Part shown: in pieces, positions 25,036 to 37,680 of the stretch
How the letters are laid out: each line of letters opens with the position of its first letter
Position numbering within the stretch: the stretch's first letter is position 1
From: Octopus vulgaris
Lineage: Eukaryota
Assembly (NCBI GenBank): GCA_951406725.2
Contig: OX597828.1
Location: 73,842,001 to 73,906,000, forward strand
Direction of reading: 5' to 3'
DNA length: 64,000 bases
The notes under the pieces: model-generated
What the model was told of the DNA's origin: nothing
Database searches by the model: none
The model's input: the letters and a program-made list of their open reading frames with translations, nothing else
Position numbers and translations under genes: made by a program

Positions 25036-26529
25036 GAGACGTTTATTAACGTGTGAGATTACTGGTAGAATACAGAGAAGACACGGTAGTCAGCGTTAAT
25101 AACGTAATGTGATGGTATTTAAAGTGTGATGGTATTTAAAGAGTCTAAGGGAATTGTCAATTACTAACAGTTTCATCGTAAAGGTTCTTCCTACAAAAGA
25201 CAGGTATTTCTGATCATGCCCACATTGTTCAATATAACAGTGTACCACCATTTCTAAAACAGGAACAGAGCCTTAAAGAGTTGAAAGGAACGCTTGTTTA
25301 TATCGACCTACGAAGTGAATAGTATTTAATTCTAACGAGCCCAGTATGATGAAAGAAACAGAAGCAACATGTATGAGAATTGAAATCCAGTTAGTTAGTG
25401 CTATCACACTAACAATAACACAAACTACTCCATGTATATGATTGGACTGTTTCATTCCACCGTTGTCTGCTTTTGAAGAATTTGTGATGTCACATCCATT
25501 TAAAGCGAATGTTTAAGAAACTCAAAAAATAATACAAAAAGTAGTGCGTCGTTCTGAGAGATCAATGCGCTAGAAATAGTAGCCATACATACTTGAAAAT
25601 ACATTCCACCTTCATAATGTTATGTTAAAGTCTCTGGTTAAATAATGCCAAACTTGACCTCTTAAATTACCAACAGAAATGTCACGGCTGGAATTTCTTT
25701 GATTGTGTGTCTTCTCGATCAAGACTGGCTTGGGGTTAAACAATGGCAACCACAATAAGCAGTTCTGAGACGGTTGATGTATAATATAACTCCCTTGACA
25801 AATATCTCTGCTAATTCTGAGAAAGAATTTGAAGGAAAATATTTGGCATCTTTTATAATCAATTAGAAGCATATTAATCAGCGATAAGGTTTCTTTAATT
25901 ATATTAATTAAACACCTTTAATAGCACACTTACCTTTGATCCGGTCAGAATTTCTAATAATGCAACGGCTACTTCTGGCTTTTGCTGTAAATACGAAGAA
26001 TTTAAGATGTAATTAATTTAGATGCAGCTCACATACTTCAACGCTTCTCAAAGTTATTGGTATTAGCATCGTTTAGAATGGTACATTGCTTAGAATCGGC
26101 GCTGCCAGATTAAATGCCTCGCAGTAATTGGTTACACCCATTTATGTTCTGCATTCAAATTCTTGCGAAATCGACTTTGCATTTATTAAATTCACTATAG
26201 GATCGATAACAATGCAATGAAATGGGTCTCCGTCGTTTTCGACGAAGACATGTGAATATTTCTCGTTAACGTAATTCTCAGGTATAATCAGCCTGATGAC
26301 AGGTGACAAGACCGAGCATTTGCATCACGGCTAGAGTCCAGTCTTCCACGCCGTGTCTGTCTTCCCAGTTTTTCTAACAAGTATTGGAGTGACATGAAGC
26401 TGTAAAAAATAAATACTGACCCGAGATTCCGCATAGTGGAGTCGAACCTGGGATCGAATTGTTGCGAAGTAAATGTCTTGCGTACATGGCCACATCTGTG
26501 TAAGTGTAAACAATAAAGCCCCCCCCCCT

Positions 26530-26800
26530 TTGGTCATGAATGACCATGGGATTACACCTAGAAAAGTAACCCTTCAAGTCCGGGCCAGGTTGTTTATGGA
26601 AGACCAATAGTCACCCATGCATACCAGTCTTCCCTCTCTACGCCACTGATTTTATTCAAGGGGAAGGTAAGGGGTGAGTGAACTGGAGCAATGTGAAATA
26701 AAGTGTCTTGCTCAAGAACACAACACACAACCTGGTCCACGAATCGAACACACTACCTCAGGATGGTAAACCCGACGCTCTAACCATTGAGTCATGCTCT
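26530..26800 (-). mobile_element. tRNA-headed SINE with a family C head and a different tail
   Basis: Minus strand GCATGACTCAATGGTTAGAGCG...GTTCGATTC...TTGAGCAAGACACTTTATTTCAC. Confidence 0.6.
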
Positions 26801-27191
26801 TTCACCATACCAATGTACACATCAATAAAATAAATATTAATCTGGTTAATGGCGTGGGACAAGGTAAACTCTAACACTCGTGCTGAGCCTTAATATGTTT
26901 GGTCTTTGTCTTAAATTTTGATTTTGTAATTACCTGGTTTTAATTGGACTTCAAACACAGCCCGAACTTAAATGAACGTACTAATGGTTAAAATGGCGTT
27001 ATTCTCTAGGGGATCGGGCGACCGTGCAATCCAATATGCATCCACCTCCGCCTTTTTTTTTTCATAGAAAGGGGTTTAATTGGAGAGAGTGACAGCAACA
27101 TATGGAGCTGTCAACTAAATTCTCTTTACAAGATGGTGGACAACACAAAGGCGCGTAGACGATAAAAGGACAGATTAACGTACTTAAAACT

Positions 27192-27325
27192 GATACTTAT
27201 TTTATCGGTCACTTTCTGCGGACCTGCTAAATTACGAAGACGTAAACACACCAACAACGGCTGTCAAATGGTGGTGGGGACAAATACAGAAACAAAGACA
27301 CATACATACACACACACACACACAT

Positions 27326-27358
<33 letters not shown>

Positions 27359-27397
27359 CACACATACATACATATATATATATATACATAAATATAT

Positions 27398-27432
<35 letters not shown>

Positions 27433-27600
27433 AATATATATATATATACGACGGGCTTCTTTCAGTTTCCGTCTACTAAATCCACTCACAAGGATTTGGC
27501 TCGATGCTATAGTAGAAGACATTTACTGAAAGTACCAGGCAATGGGACTGAACCCTGAACCATGTGGTTGGGAAACAAACTTCTTACCACACTGCCACTG
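27192..27600 (-). mobile_element. SINE family A
   Basis: Colinear with 16212-16611, with an expanded internal microsatellite. Confidence 0.8.
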
Positions 27601-28179
27601 CCACTCGAAGCCTTACATTTATTTCTAAGAATTCTTCAACTGTAGTTGGGAGTTGGGGTGAATATAATTAGTTTAATTGATCCCCAGTATATTTCTGGTA
27701 TTCATTTGTCCTAGCCTTGATTTGATCTCAGGGCATAAAGTGGCGTGACTAAATATCGAAAGTAATTTTTTTTTCCTGGCACCAAATCAGTTGATCCATC
27801 ATCTTGGCTGCTACTCTGCCAATTCGTGGATCAGTTGTTGCTTCTGACGCTCTACCGATTCTTTCAGTCCAATGCCTTGGCCTCACCATTCATGATGTAG
27901 CTAAATATTATGCTGAGTTCCAATTATATTGCATTATTTCGGGGTAATATTCATTAAATTTATTACATTTATAAATTAGAAGAGGTTTATTCCAGATTTG
28001 GCACTCTGGATGCACACTTGATCTACGACTTGAATATCTGAAAACCAGTGTTGACTTTTGGAATAAAAGTAATGTGAAGAACATTCCAGAATATATTTCG
28101 AGAGAGGAAATATTGAAGAAGTGTTTTACTTCAAGAATTTATGGCGTTATTCAAAAAGTTAGAATTTGATATTTAAACA

Positions 28180-28337
28180 GGTGCAGGCGTGGCTGTGTGG
28201 TAAGAAATTTAGTTTCCAACTGTATGGTTCCCGGTTCAGTTCCACTGCATGGCACCTTGAGTAAGTATCTTCTACGATAGCCTAAGGTTGACCAAAACCT
28301 TGTGGGTGGATTTGATGGACGAAAACTGAAAAAATCT

Positions 28338-28384
<47 letters not shown>

Positions 28385-29190
28385 TGTCATTGTAACTCAC
28401 ACACACACACATGGAAAGGGTATGGCCTGGTCAGCCTGTAATGACATGCATAAGATCTGGTCATCAAATCTAAGTAGAGACTTCAAGCTTGAAATCTTCA
28501 AAGCCACAGTCGAACCAATTCTACTATATGGCTCAGAAACCTGGACGTTATCAAAGAAGCTTGAGAGGCGGTTGGATGGAACCTACACTCGCCTCCTTAT
28601 GAGAGTTCAAAATCTCTCGTGGAAGCGCTATCCAACCAAAATGCAAATATATGGGAAACTACCACCTGTGTCATCTCTTGTGAAAGGTAGGAGAGTCCAG
28701 TTTGCTGGACATTGTTGTAGAGCTGAAAAAGAGGTAATTTCTACTCTCCTCCTCTGGAAGCCATCTACTCGCAATGCCAGAGGGTGCACACTCTCCTAGC
28801 CTGATGTAATCTCCAGGGATACAGGCATCCAGCAACAGGATCTCCGTAATGCCATGATGGACTGTGAAGTCTGGCGTAACATGGTAAATTCCATTGTCTC
28901 AACCACAGTCGAACAATGATGATGATGATGATGTGTGTGAGTGTGTGAGTGTGTGTGTGCGTCTTTGTGTACGTGTTTGTCTTCCACCATCGCTCGACAA
29001 GCATTGTTGGTGTGCTTACGTCCCCATAACCTAGCGCTTCGACAAAAAAAGCCCGATAGAATAAGTACCAGACTTTACAATACAAGAAAATAATATGTAT
29101 CTGGACCAATTCGTTCGACTAAAATTCTTCAAGGCGTTACCCCAGCATGGCCGCAGTCTAAGGACTGAAGCAAGTAACAAATAAAAGATA
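28180..29190 (+). mobile_element. SINE family A split by an RTE insertion
   Basis: The head half (28180-28340) and tail half (~28970-29190) flank the RTE fragment. Confidence 0.8.
28413..28933 (+). pseudogene. RTE-clade LINE 3' fragment (RT C-terminus) with a (TGA)n tail
   Basis: KGMAWSACNDMHKIWSSNLSRDFKLEIFKATVEPILLYGSETWTL...LDGTYTRLL...RRVQFAGHC. In-frame stop at 28797-28799. Confidence 0.9.
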
Positions 29191-31496
29191 TCTGTTTATA
29201 CATCTCCATTGCACACTCAGTAGGTGTTGTGCACACTTATTGCACTCATTGTATCTTTCGAATGATAAATTAATCAGAAATGTTGCTAATATTTGTTCAT
29301 TTTCTCCTGTGAAAATGAAGCCTATGTACAAAGCTTTCTTCTGTGCAAAGAGACCAGCTTTCTTCAAGGACCACGTTTCTCATTTATCTTCTTACTTGCT
29401 TCATTTTGGCACTGAAGTCATTTTATAAGCACTTATCTGATGGCGTCAAGTAAAGTAGCGTCGGGAATTACCAAAATCCAGTCTCTCAGGTACACAAACG
29501 GGCAACTAATAGGAACCAATTAAGAATAGAATGCTGCAGAAAAATATATTTATTCAATATTCCAACTTTAAGGAGCTGCAATCATTCACTGAAAATGCTG
29601 AAATGAGAAACAAGGTGTAAACATTGACGCTAATATAATGAAACTTGTGAAGCTAAAGACGGAGACCCTACACCATCATTCATCCACTTAAAGAAACAGC
29701 TAAATCTCTCTTCAATTACACTGTACTGTTAAAAATAAGGGAGAATGCATTGGATATTTCAGTCGTGGATCGTATTTAGCCATTGATGATAGATGGAAGC
29801 CTTGATTGCCACCGCACAGCATTTCAACAAAATATGGAGCAACGTGAATGACCGAAGATTCACGACCGCAAGCACATATCCCACCACACATTCCATGTGC
29901 TTTTGAAAGTGATAAAACGACCAATGTGGTCGTCTTCGTTGTCGTAGGCGTAAGCTTTTTACCCCCAACTCTCGCAACAAATTCTTTTCCATGTGTTTTT
30001 GATTCCAACAACTTTGCCTTTGTGAAGATCGCTTCGACCGTCACCCTTAAACCTAATTCGCAGAATCCCCGTAATTATACCTTTCTTTTACTGGCTGTGA
30101 TCCCCGTTTACTATCTCCGAAACTATGCGTCTATCATCGCTGTACGGACCTACTCTAACCCCTTTAGAATGAAACTTCATTTCACAAATGAGAAACGAAT
30201 TTACAAACCTGTTTATATCGGCCCCATCAAAACTTCGGAATCGAGTATCTTTCGTAATCGAGTAACGTGCGTGAGTGGGGGGGGGGGGGGGCTGTATGTG
30301 TGTGTTGTGTGAATATACATGTGTGTATGTGTGTAAAATTCCCGCCTTTTAATAATGTATTGTTGGTATTTTTGTATTTAGTCTTACTTCGTTGTCACCA
30401 GAATTTCAACATGATTTTAATGGCGTTGGATTCTTAAAATCGTTGGATTCGTAAATCGTTGGATTCTTAAAATCCTTAGGGCGTCTAACAAAATTCCTGG
30501 CAGTGTCTCTTAACATTGCTTCCATTCGTACTCCATAAAATAAAGTTCCAATGAAGTAAGTATTGGAGTTTCTTTAATTCCAACCCCAAAGGGTTATCTT
30601 CATACTCAGATAATATTTCGAACGAATTCAAAATGTCATTGAAAGAGTCAATCCGAATTTTCTTGTTCCTTCTTCCTCCTCCTCCTCCTCTCCTGCTCTC
30701 TTTCTCACTTCTCTTTTTTCCTTCTTTCGCTCCCTCCTCTCTCTCTCTCTCTCGTCTCTTTCCTTGCTCAACATGTGTCTTTTACTTGAAAACACTCTCC
30801 GTTTTTCCTCTCTTCCTCCCCAACATTTCTCCTCTTCTTTGTCCTTCCTTCACTTTATCATCTCCATATGTGGAGCTTAAATGTCAATTATACTTGAAAA
30901 TATCTTATATGATAAAGCAATGGCCTCCAGCTGAAGTAAGTCTTTACGATACATCATCCTGGCTTATAACTCGATAATTTCGTGTTCGCTCATAAATAAT
31001 TGTGTTAGCATTAAATAGACCCCCAAATGTACTTTACACACGTTTCATCTACTAAAAACGTGCAATGAAACGAGAAACATGATGGCTGTAGAGAGACTAA
31101 TGTGTTGTAGAACACAGAATTGGTGACGAATATATGAGGTTACGATGATGACTACAGGTCCCAGTTTTATAGAATTCTTAACTGATGTATTAAAATGTGT
31201 GTCTGAGAATCATAATTCTGAACAATTTTCCGGTTGAATAAACCTTTGGATACCAACCCCACCCATAGCGATGATACATGCTTCCCTTTTAAAGTGATCT
31301 ATATTAAGACCTTCAACCTAAATTAGTTTAGGGGCATGACTCGGTAGTTAAGGGGTTGGACTCATGATCCTAAGATTTCGGTTCCTGGCCCGGGTTGTAT
31401 TTTTGAGCAAAATACATCGTTTCACGTTGCACCAGTTCACCCAGCTGGTAGAAAGTAGTATCTCTGCGACGGATTAGCATCTCATATAAAGAGAGA

Positions 31497-31545
<49 letters not shown>

Positions 31546-31549
<4 letters not shown>

Positions 31550-31782
31550 AAGTTAATCCAAACATGAAAACACAAAGAGAAACCACAACAACGCGAGGAC
31601 GTGGAACAAGTATAGGGTTATTGGATGCTCAGGAAAGGAAAGAAAGAAGGATGATTTAACGTTTCGAGCGGAGCTCTTCGTCAGAAATATAGAAAAAGAG
31701 AAGGTCCAAGGAAGGGAAGATGGAGAAAGAAAATCGCCAACGATACACTCACGGTTACATATTGAATGACTCACTTAAATTA

Positions 31783-31785
<3 letters not shown>
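31546..31785 (-). mobile_element. Short (TA)n-inserted element with a hammerhead
   Basis: Minus 31688-31654: ATTT-CTGACGA-A-GAGC(TCC)GCTC-GAAA-CG-TT-AAAT. TA tracts on both sides. Confidence 0.78.
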
Positions 31786-31813
<28 letters not shown>

Positions 31814-31817
<4 letters not shown>

Positions 31818-32120
31818 TAAAAAAAATGGAGTTAACGCAGGTGTAATCAAATATTTTCGACACAGTCTAATTTTACGACTAGAAATCTTATCTACATTAT
31901 TGAATTTACAATTAGACTGTGTCGAAAGTAAAAATATTTGATTACACCTGCGTTAACTCCATTTTTTTATTCATATTATTCAAAATATTCAACGTAAACA
32001 CGAAGTTTCTACCTTTATAAACAAGGAGTTACAACACCTTTACTTGTGAGATTTTTGCTGCCCTGGTAACTATTTATTTATGTTTTCCGTGTTAATTGTT
32101 AACAAGGTAAAAATACACTC

Positions 32121-32128
<8 letters not shown>
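31814..32128 (+). mobile_element. Short (TA)n-inserted element with a 5' inverted arm (PLE-type architecture)
   Basis: 31814-31870 is the reverse complement of ~31910-31973, followed by a unique tail. No hammerhead seen. Confidence 0.65.
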
Positions 32129-32187
<59 letters not shown>

Positions 32188-32343
32188 GAATCCGGGAAAC
32201 CGGCCCTAAAAATCTGTATGACTCGAAAGGTGCTTTATCCTTCATTTTTTTTCATCTAAATTTCATATTTTAAGTTTCAAACAGTAGATTACTAATAGCT
32301 ACAAGTTTTGGCGCCATCAATTTAAGTGGGGATTGTTCTAGAG

Positions 32344-32533
32344 AAGTGGTTCCCAAACTTTTCACTACCAAGGACCCCTGTTATCTAAATAAATTTTCTC
32401 ACGGGCCCTTTTTAATACGCCTATCCTTATGTGTGTGCGTGTATATATATATATATATATATATATAAATGAAACTTTGAATTTAATTCACGGACCCCTC
32501 AGGGGTCTGCGGACCACAGTTTGGGAACCACTG
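32344..32533. mobile_element. hAT/Charlie-type MITE
   Basis: TIRs AAGTGGTTCCCAAACT / AGTTTGGGAACCACTG. 8-bp TSD TTCTAGAG / TTCTATAG. Confidence 0.88.
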
Positions 32534-33920
32534 TTCTATAGTAATGACTCCGAGTACTTCACTGCTATGATATTTTATCAACCCTTGAGGGACGAAGGGC
32601 AAATTTAGCCCCTGCGGAATATGAACTCAGAACATAATGGGTCGGAAAGATACCGTAGAGTATTTCATCCGACGCTCTAATGATTTTGCCGTTTCGCTGT
32701 CTTACACCAGCTTAAAGATGAAGAAAGTTTACTAGATTCTCCATTATTATCGAAATTAATTGAAAAAAGGTCAGTATATTTCTACTGAAATTCGGTAATA
32801 AAATGGTTACAACTGAAGGCCTTGGTGCTTTAAATCTGATATGAAATCCAGTGGCGATCTCAACGTGCCATCTGGTCTTCGTGTTTCAGTATTCTGTGTC
32901 CACCATTGGACAATATGAAGTTCAAGACGAGCCATTGACTTAGGCCCTACGTGGGAAGTAGACACGTCACCCAAATGTCTCTCAAACTACAGTCTGGCGC
33001 CTGAAAAATTAAAAGGAAGGAGAAACAAAGCATTGAATAATGTAGTTCTAGATACACAATGCTAGAAAAAAGTGGATGGGGTCATGATTGGAACGATTTT
33101 AATCATAAGTGGGATCGACGGGGGCTGACATTCTGCCCAACAACAGCAAAACTAAATTTAGTGATAGTCCGTTTATCATGGCTGAATAGCTTGAGGATTG
33201 TGTTTATATAACTTGGATGTGGTGATATGTCACGGCTGGAGAGCTTTTGAGCATAGGCGTGCTCGTTCCGGGCCAGCTTAGTTGTAAACAACAGTTTATA
33301 GGGCTTAACAATTAACGCAATTATTAAAGTCTAATAATAATACCAATCCACCTCAGAGATGTTTGCTATATTTGCTACAGTAGCGCTTCTAATTGGATTT
33401 TTTTTTATCTTCATTAAATATATTCCCTGTTATTTCATTATTGATTTTCATGAAGATGGCTTCACGGTTAGTTAACAATTCTGCTTTATTCATTGGAATC
33501 TAATAATTTTCTATGCCTATTGATTCCTTTATCACTAATTCAGCACACCGAAAGAGGTCTCATAGGGCTGAAACATGTTCGAAATTGTCTCCTGCATTTG
33601 CGGAAATTATTGAAGTAACATTAATCATTTCGATGATATTTCACCGTACCCATTGCTGCATTAATCTGTCGTTGTGATGTTTTGAATTAAATATTTTACC
33701 CATTACTTGACAATAAATAATGATTCTTTACAAAACTAAGGAATTGTGTTCTCTTGCTACGGAGACTAAATTAGAAGCGGCCTAATTCCTTTACAGACTC
33801 CGCATGAAGATACATTTGTAATCGTGTTCCTGTGCTGCTTTGATTTGGTTTAGTTTGCCGAAGTGATTTAAATGGCAACCGTAGGCTTCGTGCAAACATT
33901 TCTGACGTTGCACAAGATAC

Positions 33921-34107
33921 AGTTCTATATTTGAGAGATGAGGAATTACGTACATTATTTACATTATTTACATTCGACGGATATTTGTCCTCACCTTGTT
34001 TGTTGTTAACACAAAATTTCGGCTGATATACTCTCCAGCCTTTATCAGGTGTTTTGGGCAAATTTCGAACCTGGGTTCTCATTCCTAAGGCATTTTTCGA
34101 TGTTGTA
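33921..34107 (-). mobile_element. 3' part of the hammerhead-SINE family (decayed core)
   Basis: Reverse complement of ~34425-34566. Core reads ACAC-CTGATAA-AGGCTG...CAGCC-GAAA. Confidence 0.75.
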
Positions 34108-34123
34108 GTTATTATTATTATCA

Positions 34124-34175
<52 letters not shown>

Positions 34176-34339
34176 GATTATTATTATTATCATTATTATT
34201 ATTATTATTATCGTTATTATTATTATTATAATCTCCTAAGCAGACCTAGGGCAGATATGAGTAGCCTATGGGAACTGATATTAAGGAAGGATAGGCAAAT
34301 ATTAAATTTATAAGCCCTAAAATTCACTCCATAGTCACT

Positions 34340-34570
34340 GCGTGTATATGGCGTAGTGATTAAGAGCACAGGCTACTAACCCCAAGATTGGGCAGTAACC
34401 CGAATATTAATAATAACAACAACAACATCGAAAATACCTTAGGAATTAGAACCCAGGTTCGAAATTTCCCCCAAGACACCTGATGAAGGCTGGAGGGTAT
34501 ATCAACCGAAACATTGTGTTAACAACAAACAAGAAGAGGACAAATATCCGTCAAATGTAAATAATGGAGA
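34340..34570 (+). mobile_element. tRNA-headed SINE-like element carrying a hammerhead ribozyme
   Basis: A-box-like TGGCGTAGTGATTAAGAGC at 34349, GGTTCGAAAT at ~34456, and GACAC-CTGATGA-AGGCTG...CAACC-GAAA-CA-TT-GTGTT at 34475-34520. Confidence 0.72.
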
Positions 34571-34687
34571 CAAATCGTGTATCAAAAAAAAAAATTCATA
34601 TAAAATTATTTTTTATAAGGGGAAGTTATTTTAGCTATTTTCGAAATACCTTACTTTTTTATCTTCTGTTATGAATAAAGTGACACA

Positions 34688-35000
34688 CCGTCGGGTACAA
34701 CGATGAGTGTTCCCGGTAAACCGAGCAACAGAACAGCCTGCTCATGAAATTAACGTGTAAGTGGGTGAGCAGTGCACAGACACGCGTACCCTTCACGTAG
34801 TTCGATGGAAGAGTCAGCGTGAGTGAGAGTGTAACAATGCTGGTGCTTTGGAATACAGGTACAATTCGTTTTTGCGAGCTGAGTGGAGTGGAGCAACGTG
34901 AAATAGAGTGTCTTGCTCAAGGACACAACGCGTCGCTGAGAATCGAACTCATGTCCTTACGATCGTGACCTAAATACGTTAACCACTAAACCAGGCGCCT
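34688..35000 (-). mobile_element. SINE family C, near full length
   Basis: Minus GGCGCCTGGTTTAGTGGTTAA...GAGTTCGATTC...TTGAGCAAGACAC...CGTTAATTTCATGAGCAGGCTGTT. Confidence 0.82.
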
Positions 35001-35178
35001 CCTCAGACGTATGTGAATACGTGTGTGTGCGTGCGCGTGTGTGTGCGTGTGCGTGCGTGCGCGTGTGTGTGCGTACGTGTGTGTATGTGTGCTTGTATGT
35101 GTATGTTTGTATGTGTTATGTGCGTGTGTGTGTGTGTGTGTGCATGAGTATGTATGTGTGTATGTGTGTATATATGTG

Positions 35179-35212
<34 letters not shown>

Positions 35213-37006
35213 CATAACGGAATGTTTTGGTGAGAGAGGGAGAGAGTATATTCTCTCTATTCCCTCTCAAACACAATATTTGTCCTGTTTAATGTTTTAT
35301 TAAAATCAAAATGGCGTGCAGGGAGTAAAATACGAATATGCATTGTAAAGTGTTTGGAAAACTGTAGAGAGGATTGCCATGAAAGAACCCCTCATTTAGA
35401 GCATATAACATATTTAGTATCAAACTAGATTTTTCAGGAGTCGATTTAGGGAGTCGTTCAACTATGGGGTTGCGGAAGAGAATAATATTCTTTCCAGCTC
35501 TCAACTGGAAAACTCGGTTCCAAGTTAAAATATCCCCATAGTCAACTTTGTATTCCGCATTTTCTGGAGTAATGGTAAATACCAGACTATAGGTAGAATA
35601 GCAGAATTGTTCGAGCATAGACAGTACACCTTGTTATAATTGTTCCGGCCCTGTGGATTCTGGGCTCAAATTGTGCTCCCGTTGCCGAAAAACAGTAATA
35701 TTTTTATCAACAACTGTGACCGGCAGACAACATCAGAAATTTTGAAAATAAAAATAAAATTGGAAATCAATGGAAACAGTTTCTCGGGTTCAATCAGAAG
35801 ATCTATTGTTATCACGATAGGTTTTCTTTTATTCTGTAGTTATTATCTTGGTTTCAGCCACTGAACTGTCGGCAGTAAAGGACCACATTGTAGGATAAAT
35901 TTGATTGCATTGATTCCAATAATAGGTTTGTTGCTAAGAGCTAAGATTATTTATCAAGGAAACATGTGCAGGGCGCTCTTCAGATGTTATGTAAGAAATA
36001 GGAATCTTTTGACGATTCCGTTATCAAGACTTTCTATCAGCTCGGCAATCTAAAATTCTCATATTCTCATGTCCTATCACCATTATGTTTGTTATTTCTC
36101 CTTTGTGCGTATTCAGTAAGTGTTGCTATCTCGTATCTTCGGTACATTAGTGGCGAGGGTATCAACCAACAGTGTCAGAAAGAAAGATAAACGTTTCCGT
36201 TGCTGTTAACAAGATCTTTATAGGATTTTCTCGTCAGACATGTTGTCTCTTTATTCAGAGAGTTGCAAATATAACACGTGAAGATCATTCATGTATTGTA
36301 CAATACGATGATAATGGGTCATTTTCGTAATTTCACCTGTCACTGTTAAGTGTACTTAAGAGAAAGCAAGATTTCAAATTCTCAGTTGATACTTCTAAAC
36401 CAAACAAAGAATTTTCCATTCTCTCAAAGATATCCCATAAGTAAAATCTCGATAAATATTTCCCATTTAAGGTTGTTCCTTCATTAAGTCAGAATCGGAT
36501 AAATTGTTTATACTTTCTCGTTCAACAATAAAAGTTGAATTTTGTGTGTTTTAAAGCATCAAGAGGGGTTTTACCCAAATAATTATGTTTGCTTTGGTAA
36601 CAGGAAATGAATATAAAATATATTTTTATGGATATAAACCAGCATCATTGAGTTTAGATGCGTGTATGAGTTTATGGGTATATGTGCATATGTGCATATG
36701 TGTGGGTCTGCTTTAATATATATTAGAGTCTTCAAAATTTATCGACAATTCATTTCGGGATACACCAATAAATTTGCTACACCCAGAAAGATGTTTCTAT
36801 ATAATAAAAACAAACGAAAATAGCATCGCCAAAAGTAGTTTTCTCTACGCACAGATTCTTTCTTATATTTTACATCACATGTTTTGCAAAAGATAAAGTT
36901 TAGATATGTAACTGGCTTATTTTCAGTCTTTTTCAATCGGGAGCCAATCAAACCTCAATGTACTTGTGATTATTCACATTTCCATACACCTCTAACTACG
37001 TTATAA

Positions 37007-37037
<31 letters not shown>

Positions 37038-37044
<7 letters not shown>

Positions 37045-37220
37045 TGAGGGTATATAGCTCCGAGAGAGAAGACAAAGACAAAATAAACTAGAAAAATAAT
37101 TATTTTGTTAGTTTATTTTGTCTCTTTGTCTTATCTCCTGGAGCTGTATGAACATTTAATGTAGTTTTAGACTCAAGTTTTGGCTGCTGTATCTAGCATG
37201 GTGGTATCTCTTAGATACCC

Positions 37221-37228
<8 letters not shown>
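37038..37228. mobile_element. Short palindromic insert in (TA)n
   Basis: Ends TATAATTGAGGGTAT / ATACCCTTAATTATA, plus an internal inverted pair 37058-37090 / 37110-37145. Confidence 0.6.
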
Positions 37229-37267
<39 letters not shown>

Positions 37268-37268
<1 letters not shown>

Positions 37269-37611
37269 TTAGCTTCGACGAGACGAGGTCGTTTATTTAT
37301 GATACGTTCAGAACCAGTCTTGCTGATGAGTACGTAAGTACGAAATCACAGGTGATGCAAGACTTAATTTTTTAAATGTCTTGCTTTGAAAGATTGCATT
37401 TGGGTAGAATTAGTAAAATTTTTGGTAGAAATGACTAATGTCCCTCTTAGCGTGTGGCATGTATGTATAAGAATGCCCTCTATATATAAATTAATATGTT
37501 CAATAAGAAAGAATTATTTTCGAAATTTTTATCTTATGAGGTCTTTCACGCTATCTATCTGATAATTTCTTGTTAAGATTCCTTATTAAGAGGTTATCCT
37601 TAATTGTTAAA

Positions 37612-37617
<6 letters not shown>
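37268..37617 (+). mobile_element. (TA)n-inserted element with a hammerhead fold
   Basis: 37316-37364 AGTCTTG-CTGATGA-GTAC(GTAA)GTAC-GAAA-TCAC(AG)GTGA-TG-CAAGACT. Confidence 0.82.

Positions 37618-37678
<61 letters not shown>

Positions 37679-37680
<2 letters not shown>

Noticed and set aside
25273-25455. 60-aa hydrophobic ORF in unique sequence
   Set aside because: Short, with no convincing splice sites or homology that I can recognise.
29712-30280. Possible pogo/Tigger HTH remnant (IFTKAKLL...EFVARVG)
   Set aside because: The resemblance is limited to a few residues and no TIR pair was found.
33545-36240. Degenerate hammerhead-like strings at ~33548-33580 and ~36188-36240
   Set aside because: Stem I does not close, so they could be chance matches or very old copies.
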